Source of the DNA: Nitrososphaerota archaeon
Lineage (GTDB): Archaea > Thermoproteota > Nitrososphaeria_A > Caldarchaeales > Calditenuaceae
Assembly: GCA_041641295.1 (NCBI GenBank)
Contig: JBEPYO010000001.1
Span: forward strand, 879,777 to 903,776
Reading direction: 5' to 3'
DNA length: 24,000 bases
Shown piece by piece: positions 1 through 8,203 of the stretch. Every line of letters starts with the position of its first letter. The stretch's first letter is position 1. Position numbers and translations under genes: made by a program. The notes below the pieces were generated by a model. The model ran no database searches. It saw only the letters and a program-made list of their open reading frames with translations, and was not told the origin of the DNA.

Positions 1-874
1 AGTTGGCGAGCGGGCTCGAGGAGGGTGGGACCTCCCCCATAGGCCGCCTCACACTCTGGGCCTCACGGTCCATAAACCAGACGTTCCTAGAGCCGAGCTC
101 GTCGAGATAGGCAAGGAGGCCGCCTGGACAGTATATCCTCAGCCTCTCGGACCAGATTGGCGCGTCGCCCATCAGAGAAATGCTTGCCACACAGCCGTCA
201 AACCTGGCCGTGATTGCTGCCATAAGTTCTGCGCCCCACCCCTCCTTCGAGGATAAGGTTGCGTAGACCTCGCGGGGTAGCCCGCCCAATATCCAGAGCA
301 CCATGTCTATGATGTGGCTTCCAGAGTCCATGAGGAAGCCCCCGCCGGCGAGCTTCGGGTCAGCCCTCCAAGTCCCCTTCGACAGCCTTGTCCAGTCCTG
401 GGAGAGCTGGTGCTCTATGTATACGGGCCTGCCGAGACCCTCGGGCGAGGCCATCCGCTTGATGTATCCGAATAGACCGTCTGTCCGCCTCTGATACCCT
501 ACAGCCACTACGCGGCCCGACTCCTCAGCAGCCCTCACCACTTCCCGCGCATCCTCCACGCTTGAGACCATGGGCTTCTCGACGAGGACGTGGAGGCCTC
601 TCTTCAGGGCCGCGAGTATCTGCTCCTTGTGGTAGGCGTGGGGCGTGAGTATTAGGACGCCGTCGAGGGCTTCGCGGTCAAGCATCTCGATGTAGTCTGA
701 GTATTCCTTCGCGCCTCCGAGGTGGGGTGCGGCTCCCTTCAGCCTAGCGATAGCTTCCCTGTTCGTGTCGCAGAGGGCGACGACCTCAGCGCCCAGCTCT
801 CCGGTGAGGGACCTAGCGTGGAAGCCGGCTATGCCTCCGCAGCCTATGAAGGCGAGCCTCAGCCTCTCACTCAT
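1..874 (-). CDS. Gfo/Idh/MocA-family NAD(P)-dependent oxidoreductase; C-terminus runs off the left edge
   Basis: Not in the ORF track because it is truncated by the window. My minus-strand translation from the ATG at 874-872 reads MSERLRLAFIGCGGIAGFHARSL...ILTPHAYHKEQILAALKRGLHVLVEKPM...GYQRR... This shows an N-terminal GxGxxG Rossmann motif and the EKP motif typical of the family. The frame stays open to position 2. Confidence 0.8.
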   Translation of the reverse strand, partial: MSERLRLAFIGCGGIAGFHARSLTGELGAEVVALCDTNREAIARLKGAAPHLGGAKEYSDYIEMLDREALDGVLILTPHAYHKEQILAALKRGLHVLVEKPMVSSVEDAREVVRAAEESGRVVAVGYQRRTDGLFGYIKRMASPEGLGRPVYIEHQLSQDWTRLSKGTWRADPKLAGGGFLMDSGSHIIDMVLWILGGLPREVYATLSSKEGWGAELMAAITARFDGCVASISLMGDAPIWSERLRIYCPGGLLAYLDELGSRNVWFMDREAQSVRRPMGEVPPSSSPLAN

Positions 875-966
875 TGAACCTTCCCTTGGCATTTGTCGCA
901 GACCCTCTTACCCTTAACCATTACCAGCTTCTCAGTCTTCCTGCCGCAGAGCTGGCACCTGGGCAT
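871..966 (-). CDS. 31-aa C4 zinc-ribbon micro-protein
   Basis: My translation, below the ORF-track size cutoff: MPRCQLCGRKTEKLVMVKGKRVCDKCQGKVQ*. It has two CxxC pairs. Its TGA stop (873-871) overlaps the ATG (874-872) of the downstream oxidoreductase as ATGA, which suggests translational coupling. Confidence 0.4.
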   Translation of the reverse strand: MPRCQLCGRKTEKLVMVKGKRVCDKCQGKVQ

Positions 967-1009
967 CCCCTCCCCAACACCCCCAAACCCCCCAAAGGCC
1001 TAGCAGGGC

Positions 1010-1840
1010 TTAACCCTTTCTCCAGCCCATGCGGGCGGCCAAGGCCAGCTTACCCACCTGCTCCAGCGAGAGCTCAGCCGGGAACCCTACAAGAAGCCTC
1101 ACACCGCTAGAGGCCAAGCCCGCAATCCTCTCAGCCGCCTCCCCGACACTCCCCACAATCGAGACCCTACAAGCCTCCCGCAGACCCGGAGACCCACCCC
1201 CCAAAGCCCCTACAAGCCTCTTCCTCCGCCGCGCATAGGAGACCAAGACCCTCTCAGCCTCCCCAGATACACCGTCGCCTATGTAGAATGGCGCATAGAC
1301 CGCTACGCCCCTCGGCGATGAGTCGGCGAATCTGCGGGCCTCCTCCTCCACACCCTCGTCAAGTAGGAGGAACGCCGTGCAGCCTAGGCTTCTGCAGATT
1401 CGTCTAGAGACGTTCTCGACATTCTCGGTCCCAAGCAGCATCAGCCTCCCATTCAACACCTCTCCCGCCGCACTACACGCAGACCAGAGGAGCCTGCCAG
1501 GCCTGATGGAGGCCTCCTCGGCGCTCAGGTAGGCTGGGTTCCCCGCAACGATACAGAGCCCCATCGAGTCGCGCCTAGAAAGTATCTCGAGGTAGCGCGG
1601 CAAGAGGCTGCTGAAGTCGCCACGCCTCACCGGGACCGTCGGAACAATAACAGGCCCCCCTACATCCTCGGAGAACCTTGCAGCGGCCTCGACGTCTGCG
1701 GGGTGGAGGTCGTCAACCACCCTCTCAGAGTCCAATACTATAACATCGAAGCCGGTACTAGACGCCGTCTCGACTATGCGGATAAGCTCTTTCCTCTTAG
1801 CCTCGCGGCTTTGACCTAGCATGCTGGGCTTCAGAGCCAA
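1010..1840 (-). CDS. Putative luciferase-like (LLM) / F420-dependent TIM-barrel oxidoreductase family protein
   Basis: 276-aa ORF. The C-terminal stretch IVGSVGEAAERIAGLASSGVRLLVGFP resembles the LLM-family C-terminus, and overall spacing looks LLM-like. The track start is a TTG, and an in-frame ATG (MLGQSRE) lies at 1823. The family assignment is tentative. Confidence 0.45.
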   Translation of the reverse strand: MALKPSMLGQSREAKRKELIRIVETASSTGFDVIVLDSERVVDDLHPADVEAAARFSEDVGGPVIVPTVPVRRGDFSSLLPRYLEILSRRDSMGLCIVAGNPAYLSAEEASIRPGRLLWSACSAAGEVLNGRLMLLGTENVENVSRRICRSLGCTAFLLLDEGVEEEARRFADSSPRGVAVYAPFYIGDGVSGEAERVLVSYARRRKRLVGALGGGSPGLREACRVSIVGSVGEAAERIAGLASSGVRLLVGFPAELSLEQVGKLALAARMGWRKG

Positions 1841-2124
1841 GCCCAGCTGGAACTAGACCACCACTCATGCCTTACCGGTACGTGGCCCCGCACGAGCTTT
1901 TAAGGATTACCGGCCCCGCCCCGCAGCTATCAGCCGCAGACACGCGGCCCACAGCATCCACAGCCCCGACCTCCTCTACCCGCGGCGAATTTTAAGGGCA
2001 TATAGTCATTGATTGTTGGCGCACCTGCTTTTTTAAACCTATCACAATCTTCAGAAGCCGATCACCGGGAAAAAGGGATAGTTGGGGGCTTTGGTCTCTG
2101 GACGGGTCTTGGCGGCCTAGGCGT

Positions 2125-2508
2125 CTAGCCCTTGTACGCTATCGCGTCTATCTCTACAAGAAGCCCCTCGGCAACCATCTTGACTGCGACGGTGGTCCTG
2201 GCTGGCGGCTCCTCTGGGAAGAATTCTCTGTAGACCTCGTTCATGGCCGCGAAGTCCTCCGGCCTCGCGAGGTAGACATTCACCTTCACTACGTCTTTAA
2301 GACTTGCACCCGCGGCCGAGAGTATCTCCCTAATGTTCTCCAAAACCCTCCTCGTCTGCGCCTTCACGTCTCCACCAACCAACTTACCGGTCGCAGGGTC
2401 TATTGCCACCTGTCCTGCCACGAAGATCCATCCACCCGCCTTTATCGCCTGTGAGTAGGGCCCGACTGGGCGGGGTGCTTTCTCGGTGAAGATAACCTCT
2501 CGAGCCAT
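2125..2508 (-). CDS. ridA: RidA/YjgF/TdcF-family reactive-intermediate deaminase
   Basis: 127 aa. [34 protein letters not shown]...[22 protein letters not shown] matches the family along its whole length. Confidence 0.9.
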   Translation of the reverse strand: MAREVIFTEKAPRPVGPYSQAIKAGGWIFVAGQVAIDPATGKLVGGDVKAQTRRVLENIREILSAAGASLKDVVKVNVYLARPEDFAAMNEVYREFFPEEPPARTTVAVKMVAEGLLVEIDAIAYKG

Positions 2509-2545
2509 AGCGTATCGGCGATAGTAATTTGTGGGGTGTAATAAA

Positions 2546-3898
2546 CTAACTGCCGCGCCTCTCCTCCTCTACAATCCTGTAGAGGAATTCTGCTATGAGT
2601 GGTGCTAGGCCCAAGTATTCCTCTGCGCTCTTCGGTAAAATCTCGGAGGGCCTGAGTCCCTGCCTCTCCAATAGGGCCTTAACCCGCTCCAAGTAGTCGG
2701 CGCCGCCCACCCCGAGGGCCCTAAGCTCGTCAAGCAGGTCTACACCCCTCAGCCTAGCCCTTATCTGGATGGCCTCGGCGAGGATCTCAGGGTGCCTCTC
2801 CAAGTCCCTCCTAGCCTCATCCCTGTCAACCTCCATTCGCTCGAGGAAGGCTGAGAGGTTCTTGGCTCCGATTAGGAGGTGGGCTAGGGCTACCCCGTAG
2901 TTTCTCTTGATTGTCGAGTCGGAGAGGTCCCGCTGGAGTCTTGAGACTAGGAGTCTGGAGGCGAGGAATGAGAGCATGTTCGAGGCAATCTCTAGGTTTC
3001 CCTCAGCGTTCTCGAGTTCGACTGGGTTGCTCTTCTGCGGCATGGTGGATGAGCCTACGCCGCGCGGCCTCGGGTAGACTATGCCGAGCATTGTCAGGAG
3101 CCAGAGGTCTCTGCAGAGGTCGACGAGGACCATTGAGGCGACTGAGAGCTCGTAGAGGAGGCGTGAGACGTCGTCGTGTGGAATTACCTGCTTCGTCGCG
3201 AGCCAGTGGACGAGGCCCAGCGACTCGACCAGCCTCCTCGAGGCCTCCAGCGCGTCGCTTCCGAAGACCTCTACGAGGCCCGCATAAGTGCCCACGGCTC
3301 CTGAGACCTTCCCCGGCAGCCGCATCTCACTAACCCTCCTGAGACATGTTAAGAGCCTATAGGCGTGGACTGCCAACTCCTTTCCCAGAGTTGTCGGGAC
3401 TGCTGGGCGTCCATGGGTCCGCGCAACAATCGCGGTGAACCTCTCCCTATACGCGGTCTCTACTATGCTTCGCAGAAGCCTCTCTAGGGCTGGGATGATT
3501 GCTGCTGAGATTGCGTCTCTCAGCGCCAGTGAGTGGGCCAGATTATTCACGTCCTCAGAGGTGAGGCCGATGTGTACTAGGTGGCCGACCTCCCTGAGGC
3601 CCTCCCGCTCAAGCCTCTCCCTCAGAAACCGGACCACAGCCTCCACGTCATGCCTCGTCTCAGCCTCAATCGCCTTCACAGCCTCGACGCCGCCCTCATC
3701 GAACCGGGAGACTATCTCGTCGAGCTTGGCTGAGAGCCTCCCTAGCAGGTGGGGTGCAACGCGTTCCGCGACCAGCTTCAGATACTCTGACTCGACCCTG
3801 AGCCTATACTTCATCAGGGCCTCCTCAGAGAAGTATGACTGGAGCTCGGAGACCAGCGCCCTATAGCGCCCGTCGACAGGCGATATCGCCCCTCTCAC
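2546..3898 (-). CDS. purB: Adenylosuccinate lyase
   Basis: 450 aa. N-terminal SPVDGRYR, the fumarate-lyase signature [16 protein letters not shown], and a typical PurB length. Confidence 0.92.
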   Translation of the reverse strand: MRGAISPVDGRYRALVSELQSYFSEEALMKYRLRVESEYLKLVAERVAPHLLGRLSAKLDEIVSRFDEGGVEAVKAIEAETRHDVEAVVRFLRERLEREGLREVGHLVHIGLTSEDVNNLAHSLALRDAISAAIIPALERLLRSIVETAYRERFTAIVARTHGRPAVPTTLGKELAVHAYRLLTCLRRVSEMRLPGKVSGAVGTYAGLVEVFGSDALEASRRLVESLGLVHWLATKQVIPHDDVSRLLYELSVASMVLVDLCRDLWLLTMLGIVYPRPRGVGSSTMPQKSNPVELENAEGNLEIASNMLSFLASRLLVSRLQRDLSDSTIKRNYGVALAHLLIGAKNLSAFLERMEVDRDEARRDLERHPEILAEAIQIRARLRGVDLLDELRALGVGGADYLERVKALLERQGLRPSEILPKSAEEYLGLAPLIAEFLYRIVEEERRGS

Positions 3899-3982
3899 AC
3901 AGTCTAGCTGCAGGATGGAGGCTTAATCCCTTTCCACCTCTCCTCGGGAAGAGTAGATTAAGCCGGCTTAACCACTAATCCC

Positions 3983-4555
3983 GTGCTAACCCCCCTCGAG
4001 AAGGCCCTCCTGGAGGGTGAGCTGGGAGGACAGTCGAGGTGGAGGGCTGGGTATCTCGTAGCAGAGGATTCTGGGGAGGATGGCTCGATAATGCTCACCC
4101 TCTCTGAGGATGTTGGGGAGGGCTTTGCGGGGGTTCACAGGGTCAGGTGTTATCTCGGCAGGTTCCCCCTCAGGGCCGGCACAGTGGGTGGAGCCGTAGT
4201 CAGGCAGCACAGGGGCCCAGACACCCTCAGCCTGATACTGTTCGAGGTCAACAGGGCCCTAGTTGATGGGGGCGCACTAGTCCTCTCGGCAGAGGTCGAC
4301 AACCCTGAGCGGCTGCTTGTTAAGCACGGGTTTGCCCTCATCTCGGAGCACAGACCGGGTGGCGGCGGCTTCTCGGTAACCTTCTCGAGGAAGGCATGGA
4401 GAAAATATCTAGGCGACGCATGCCCGAGATGTGGCAGCACCCACATACTCCCACTAATCCCGCCCGACGCAAACGTCAGGAAGATCTGGACACTATACTG
4501 CTCCTCCTGCTCCTATAACTGGAGCGTCGAGGAGCCGATAACCGAGTGGATTTAG
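3983..4555 (+). CDS. Hypothetical protein with C-terminal C4 zinc ribbon; possibly a degenerate class-I methyltransferase-like fold
   Basis: 190 aa with a GTG start. The C-terminus reads CPRCGSTH...YCSSCSYNW (CxxC...CxxC). The middle stretch RALVDGGALVLSAEVDNPERLLVKHGFALIS resembles the post-motif-I region of SAM methyltransferases, but no intact GxGxG motif is present. Confidence 0.45.
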   Translation: MLTPLEKALLEGELGGQSRWRAGYLVAEDSGEDGSIMLTLSEDVGEGFAGVHRVRCYLGRFPLRAGTVGGAVVRQHRGPDTLSLILFEVNRALVDGGALVLSAEVDNPERLLVKHGFALISEHRPGGGGFSVTFSRKAWRKYLGDACPRCGSTHILPLIPPDANVRKIWTLYCSSCSYNWSVEEPITEWI

Positions 4556-5105
4556 CCGGAAGATATAGAAGGCCTTCCGACTGGTCTCCGAGGGCTATGC
4601 ATCTGCCTCTGTGGTGGAGTAGGGCGACGTAGGCGCAGGTCGCTGCGTCAACCATGTCTAGGCTCAGGGAGTGGGGCAGCTTGAGTCCAAGCCTCCTCAG
4701 CCCAGATGTGATGGACACCGCTCTCCTCTGGCCGCGCCTCCAGATGCCGAGAACCCTCTGAGCACCGCTCGGAAAAGTCTCAATCACCTCGAATCCCATC
4801 TCTCTGAGGAGCGCTGCAAGCCTCACACCCCTCTCCGCCAAAAGCCTCATAGACGGGAGGGAGACCGGGAAGATCCCAATACCCAGCCTCCTAACCTCCC
4901 TGTCGCAGAGCCTGTAGCCGCGGCCCCAAGCCCCTGAAGGATAGGATAGTGGTGCATCGATAGCCACGCAGGCAGGCGCGCTGGCCCGGGCCAATCCAGC
5001 TATCTCCTCGTCAAGCCAAGCCTCGTAAAAAACCGCCACTAGGCGCGCCGATAAAATGCAGATGGAGGAGGCCCTGCGCGGTGATGCGGTCAGGTCTATG
5101 CCCAT
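4476..5105 (-). CDS. DUF429-family protein (predicted RNase H-like fold)
   Basis: The pattern MGIDLTASPRR...AIDAPLSYP...RLCDRE...IETFPSGA...DMVDAATCAYVA matches the DUF429 pattern as I remember it. I prefer the ATG at 5105 over the track start at 5135. The low-complexity C-terminal tail overlaps the convergent gene. Confidence 0.65.
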   Translation of the reverse strand: MGIDLTASPRRASSICILSARLVAVFYEAWLDEEIAGLARASAPACVAIDAPLSYPSGAWGRGYRLCDREVRRLGIGIFPVSLPSMRLLAERGVRLAALLREMGFEVIETFPSGAQRVLGIWRRGQRRAVSITSGLRRLGLKLPHSLSLDMVDAATCAYVALLHHRGRCIALGDQSEGLLYLPAKSTRLSAPRRSSYRSRRSSIVSRSS

Positions 5106-5197
5106 GAACCGTCTAGGCGTCAAAACCCGCCACACTAGCTTGTCTGGGAAGTTAAACCCTCTCCACGGCCTCTAGCGGCGCGGAGGCATGACTAGTG

Positions 5198-5986
5198 CTA
5201 CAGCTTCCTCAGCACTCTCTCGAGCCACTCGGCCGTAGCGGATATGGCCTTCCACTCCACCTCAGGGCCCGTAAACGTGTGGTCCCCATCCTCAACCACA
5301 AACTTCTCCCGAGGCTCACCGGCCCTATTGTATAGCATGTCCGCGTGGCTCGGAGGGACGACGCTGTCCCTACCACCATGGACTATGAGCAGAGGCCTTG
5401 GAGAGATCTTGGAGACTGCCTCTGATATGCTGTAGGACAGGAGGTCTCGGATGAACCTCATGCTCATCCTATACCCCGATGGCAGGTCTATGTATTCGCC
5501 GGAGGCCGCACCACCCTTTAAGAGGGTCTTCGCGTACTCTGCCAGTGCTAGGAAGTCTGCGGGAGCGCTCCACGTGCAGACAAACCTAATCCTAGGGTCG
5601 CGTGAGGCCCTGACTAGGGAGACCGCGCCACCCATACTCAAGCCCAGCACCCCAATCCTCCCAGCGTCAACGTCAGGCCTCCCTGAGACATAGTCCAGCA
5701 CACTGCCTAGGTCCTCAACCTCGCTTGTAAAAGTCGCCTCACTAAACTCTCCCTCACTCTCGCCCGAGCCATAGAAGTCGAACCGCACCACGAGAAGACC
5801 CCTCCTACAGAACTCCCGGGCAGCCCTCACAAATAGGCGGTGAGCCTCAATCCTATTCCCAGTAAATCCATGGCACATAATGAGGCTGGGGGCTGGGGAA
5901 TGGTTGGGAACGTGGAACATGCAGGCGAGCCTACCCCGAGGCCCCCCCACCCAAACAAACTCCTCCCGCACAACCCAGAGCTGCAC
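5198..5986 (-). CDS. Alpha/beta-fold serine hydrolase
   Basis: 262 aa. HGFTGN oxyanion region, nucleophile elbow GLSMGG, and late D and H residues (HGGRDSVV, GDHTF). GTG start. A TTATATA box lies about 26-32 nt upstream on the minus strand, consistent with a leaderless transcript. Confidence 0.85.
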   Translation of the reverse strand: MQLWVVREEFVWVGGPRGRLACMFHVPNHSPAPSLIMCHGFTGNRIEAHRLFVRAAREFCRRGLLVVRFDFYGSGESEGEFSEATFTSEVEDLGSVLDYVSGRPDVDAGRIGVLGLSMGGAVSLVRASRDPRIRFVCTWSAPADFLALAEYAKTLLKGGAASGEYIDLPSGYRMSMRFIRDLLSYSISEAVSKISPRPLLIVHGGRDSVVPPSHADMLYNRAGEPREKFVVEDGDHTFTGPEVEWKAISATAEWLERVLRKL

Positions 5987-6063
5987 ACCTCAATACAAAT
6001 AGGTTATATACGCTAGGACAGAGATGCCCATCCACCTGACCACCCAGCTGTACCGACGGAGAG

Positions 6064-6095
6064 TGGGGCCGGCCGGATTTGAACCGGCGACCTCC
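6064..6095 (-). pseudogene. Orphan tRNA 3' half (variable loop, T arm, 3' acceptor strand, discriminator A)
   Basis: The minus strand reads GGAGGTC GCCGG TTCAAAT CCGGC CGGCCCC A. It is identical at 31 of 32 positions to the 3' end of tRNA-Val at 23509-23540. It matches the tRNA-Pro 3' end (8209-8240) at 28 of 32, differing only by compensatory T-stem changes. No matching 5' half (GGGGCCG plus D arm) lies adjacent. Confidence 0.7.
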
Positions 6096-6103
6096 ACATC
6101 TTT

Positions 6104-6179
6104 GAGTTCTCCATTAAAATATCCATATTCAGTGTCTTTAGCCTTCTGTTGTAGCCTCTATTAATGCTTCGGAGAACTC
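6104..6179. repeat. Perfect 9-bp inverted repeat (GAGTTCTCC / GGAGAACTC) enclosing a 58-nt AT-rich loop
   Basis: Read directly: 6104-6112 gagttctcc and 6171-6179 ggagaactc. On the minus strand the helix ends 8 nt before the tRNA 3' fragment. Confidence 0.7.
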
Positions 6180-6206
6180 GCTTCGTTATATCGGGTCTTA
6201 ACCGAT

Positions 6207-6327
6207 GGTCTTTAATAGGCTCAGACTATGATTACTACATAGGCTGAGCTATTGTGTTGTGGTATTTTCGCTCTGGTGCCTATTCCTTTATATCTATGGG
6301 TTTGTTTGTTGGTCTTAGATAGGCTCA
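6207..6327. repeat. Two 17-nt direct repeats (ggtctttaataggctca / ggtcttagataggctca)
   Basis: 6207-6223 and 6311-6327 are identical at 15 of 17 positions. A third copy of the core ataggctga lies at 6239-6247. All sit in the AT-rich segment next to the tRNA fragment. Confidence 0.6.
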
Positions 6328-6329
6328 TC

Positions 6330-7090
6330 GGGAGCCCCGCAGCCTGATGGATCGATGAGTCGGGTGGGCCGACGAGACACCATCTCCAGAGGCGGTGGAG
6401 GTGGTGTGGAGTGTGCGTCAGGCTGTAGTAGTAGAGGCGCCCGCTGGTGACGTGTGATGTTAGTTCCACGTCTACAGAAGGCGCTGGGCTCCGCCGCTAG
6501 GCTGAGGCCGCGCGCCCAATAGAAAGACGCGGCTATAGGCCTAGACAGAAAGATTAGACGACCATAACCACATACTCTTCCCCCAATTCTCACCCTAGCA
6601 TGGGTGACCACCCCACCGTCTTTTTTGGACGGGGTGGCGGGGGGAGGGGTTGGCTGGGCTAGGGGCCTTGGGGCGGTTCGCTTGGACCGACCACGCGCCA
6701 GGGCGGCTCGCTTGGGCTGACGGACGCGTGGAGAGGGACGAGGAATACCGACGACTCCTAAGGGATTGCTGGATGGTTTCAGATGTTACGGTTGATTCTA
6801 AAGGAAGATGGTCTAGGAATTAGGCCCCGATAGGAGGTCCCCTATCTCCGCCGGAGGGGTGTGCTCTCCGGCGGGAGGGGGTGTTATTCCTCCTGTCGGG
6901 GAGTCCCGTCTTTCTGGCGGCCTGGGCCTCCCGGGAAGGCCATGTCTCAGGACATGGCTTTTAGGGTTCCCCAGCACCTTGGGGGTGGGTTGGTGGCTGG
7001 GGATAATAGGGAGCAATATGCTCCCTCCACAAACCCCACGGCCCCTCCTGGTCCCGGGAGGAAGGCCGCCATGGATGGGACGGGGGAGGA
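6330..7090. ncRNA. Candidate structured RNA or structured leader of unknown class; strand unresolved
   Basis: About 750 nt of GC-rich sequence with no convincing ORF, whereas other intergenic spacers in this window are AT-rich. Stems I traced by hand:
- 6322-6330 with 6353-6361.
- 6507-6512 with 6528-6533.
- 6829-6834 with 6841-6846.
- 6846-6855 with 6867-6877.
- 6937-6946 with 6951-6960 (10 bp, 4-nt loop).
- 6969-6975 with 6996-7002.
- 7009-7015 with 7019-7025.
- 7040-7048 with 7057-7067.
A T6 tract at 6621-6626 sits in a hairpin loop. Confidence 0.3.
6671..6730. repeat. Tandem imperfect ~30-nt repeat, two units
   Basis: The units are gggcggttcgcttggaccgac... (6671) and gggcggctcgcttgggctgac... 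(6701). The first 21 nt match at 18 of 21 positions, and both are followed by acgcg after a 1-nt offset. Confidence 0.6.
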
Positions 7091-7094
7091 TAGG

Positions 7095-8159
7095 ATGGAG
7101 AAGACTAGGCGAAGACTAACACCGGAGAAGAGGGCTAGACTCTTAGATGCGTTGAGGAGGGGTGTGGAGAAGGGGTACGGCTACGTTGATGTTTGGAGGG
7201 AGCTGAAGAAAAGCGGGATAGATGTTTCTAGGAAAGCCGTTGAGTACTGGTATTACAAGTGTTTTCCAGAGAGGGTTAGAAGAAGGGGAGAATACCTCCC
7301 AAGAGAACTGAGAATAAGATTGTATGAAGAAGTCAGAGAGCTGAGAAGAAAAGGCCTAGGATACCGGAGAATAAGGAAGAATATCAAAGAACTTTACGGA
7401 GTTACGCTGAACAATGCTGTAATTAGTCATTGGTGTCGTGGAATTCACACACCATACAACGGTGCAAGGATACCCACAATAGACCATCTAGAACCATCCC
7501 CAGAGCTCGCCTATGTTATAGGTGTGGTTGCCGGTGATGGGTGGGTGGTAAAAATAAGCACAAGGAGTGGAGGATATAGGATTGGTGTCAAGGCGAAGGA
7601 CAGAGAGTTCATTGAGGAGTTCGCGAGATGCTTGGGGAAAGTCCTCGGAAGAGAGCCGCCGAAGCCAATAACTGTAGAGGGTGGGAAGCTTGAAGTACGC
7701 GTCCAATCGAAGACACTATATCAGCTTTTACAGAAACCCTTTGACATTGGGATGATAAGACCACTCGCAGAATACTCCGAAGACTGTATACGAAGTTTTC
7801 TGAGAGGATTCTTCGATAGTGAGGGTTCTGTGGATAAAAATAAGGGAGAGATTTGTTGCTATAATACTGATATCAGGCTTCTCGAATACGTCCAGAAACT
7901 ACTAAGGGCTCTAGGCATTGAGACAACGGGGCCGAGAATCAAAGCGAGAAAGGGGTCAATCTATAAAATATGCTATAAAATATGGGAGAGAACAACTGTG
8001 AAGAGAAAGGACGTATATTGCATTGAAGTCAGGGCAAAGGATAGACTAAAATTCTATAGACTGGTAGGGTTCACTATAAAGCGAAAGCAACAAAACCTAG
8101 AAGAACACCTTAAGAAACGCGGACTTCTGGTGACAAGCCACCAACCAACCCTCCCCTAA
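7095..8159 (+). CDS. Double-motif LAGLIDADG homing endonuclease with N-terminal tandem helix-turn-helix region
   Basis: - Motif 1 is LAYVIGVVAGDGWV (nt 7506-7544).
- Motif 2 is LRGFFDSEGSV (nt 7800-7832).
- Both keep the acidic residue (D, E) used for catalysis.
- The N-terminal ~130 aa has two similar HTH-like repeats: LTPEKRARLLDALRRG...VSRKAVEYWYYK and LPRELRIRLYEEVRELRRKG...LNNAVISHWCRG.
- I place the start at ATG 7095 (MEKTRRRL), preceded by ggagga at 7086-7091, where composition switches to AT-rich. ATG 7071 is an alternative.
- The track start at 6861 lies in GC-rich hairpin sequence. Confidence 0.85.
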   Translation: MEKTRRRLTPEKRARLLDALRRGVEKGYGYVDVWRELKKSGIDVSRKAVEYWYYKCFPERVRRRGEYLPRELRIRLYEEVRELRRKGLGYRRIRKNIKELYGVTLNNAVISHWCRGIHTPYNGARIPTIDHLEPSPELAYVIGVVAGDGWVVKISTRSGGYRIGVKAKDREFIEEFARCLGKVLGREPPKPITVEGGKLEVRVQSKTLYQLLQKPFDIGMIRPLAEYSEDCIRSFLRGFFDSEGSVDKNKGEICCYNTDIRLLEYVQKLLRALGIETTGPRIKARKGSIYKICYKIWERTTVKRKDVYCIEVRAKDRLKFYRLVGFTIKRKQQNLEEHLKKRGLLVTSHQPTLP

Positions 8160-8203
8160 TCCCTTCCCCCCACTTAATGCCCTCAGACTCATTTGCTCAT
8201 TTG

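Noticed and set aside
2911-3866. Long plus-strand ORFs 2911-3333 and 3435-3866
   Set aside because: They lie antisense within the clearly identified purB gene. Their R/S/A-rich low-complexity translations are typical of shadow ORFs in GC-rich DNA.
6180-6240. A complete AT-rich tRNA-like gene on the minus strand (D-arm-like GTCT..AGAC plus anticodon-like ATCGG-TTAAGAC-CCGAT)
   Set aside because: No T arm and no complementary acceptor strand can be drawn. The 5' GTAATCA has no TGATTAC partner and cannot pair with CGGCCCC. The implied anticodon AAG with A34 would be atypical for archaea. I treat it as debris or coincidence.
6221-6611. Minus-strand ORFs 6221-6469 (82 aa) and 6315-6611 (98 aa)
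   Set aside because: They overlap each other in different frames, span the AT-rich to GC-rich boundary, encode low-complexity P/R/H-rich peptides with no recognisable motif, and have no plausible promoter or start context.
6330-7090. SRP (7S) RNA or RNase P RNA as the identity of the GC-rich non-coding block
   Set aside because: The left part is about the right length (~300 nt, ending at a T6 tract). However, I could not find the SRP helix-8 motif (CAGG[C/U]CCGGAAGG[A/G]AGCA-like) or the RNase P CR-I/CR-V motifs (GAGGAAAGUCC, ACAGAA..GGCUUA) on either strand. Isolated ACAGAAGG and ACAGAAAG strings are not sufficient.
6861-7094. N-terminal 78-codon extension of the LAGLIDADG ORF as given in the track (start 6861)
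   Set aside because: The extension is GC-rich, low-complexity (P/G-rich) and coincides with a chain of strong hairpins. Composition and codon style switch abruptly at about 7095, where an ATG preceded by ggagga begins the HTH domain. The open frame is most likely an accident of GC-rich sequence.
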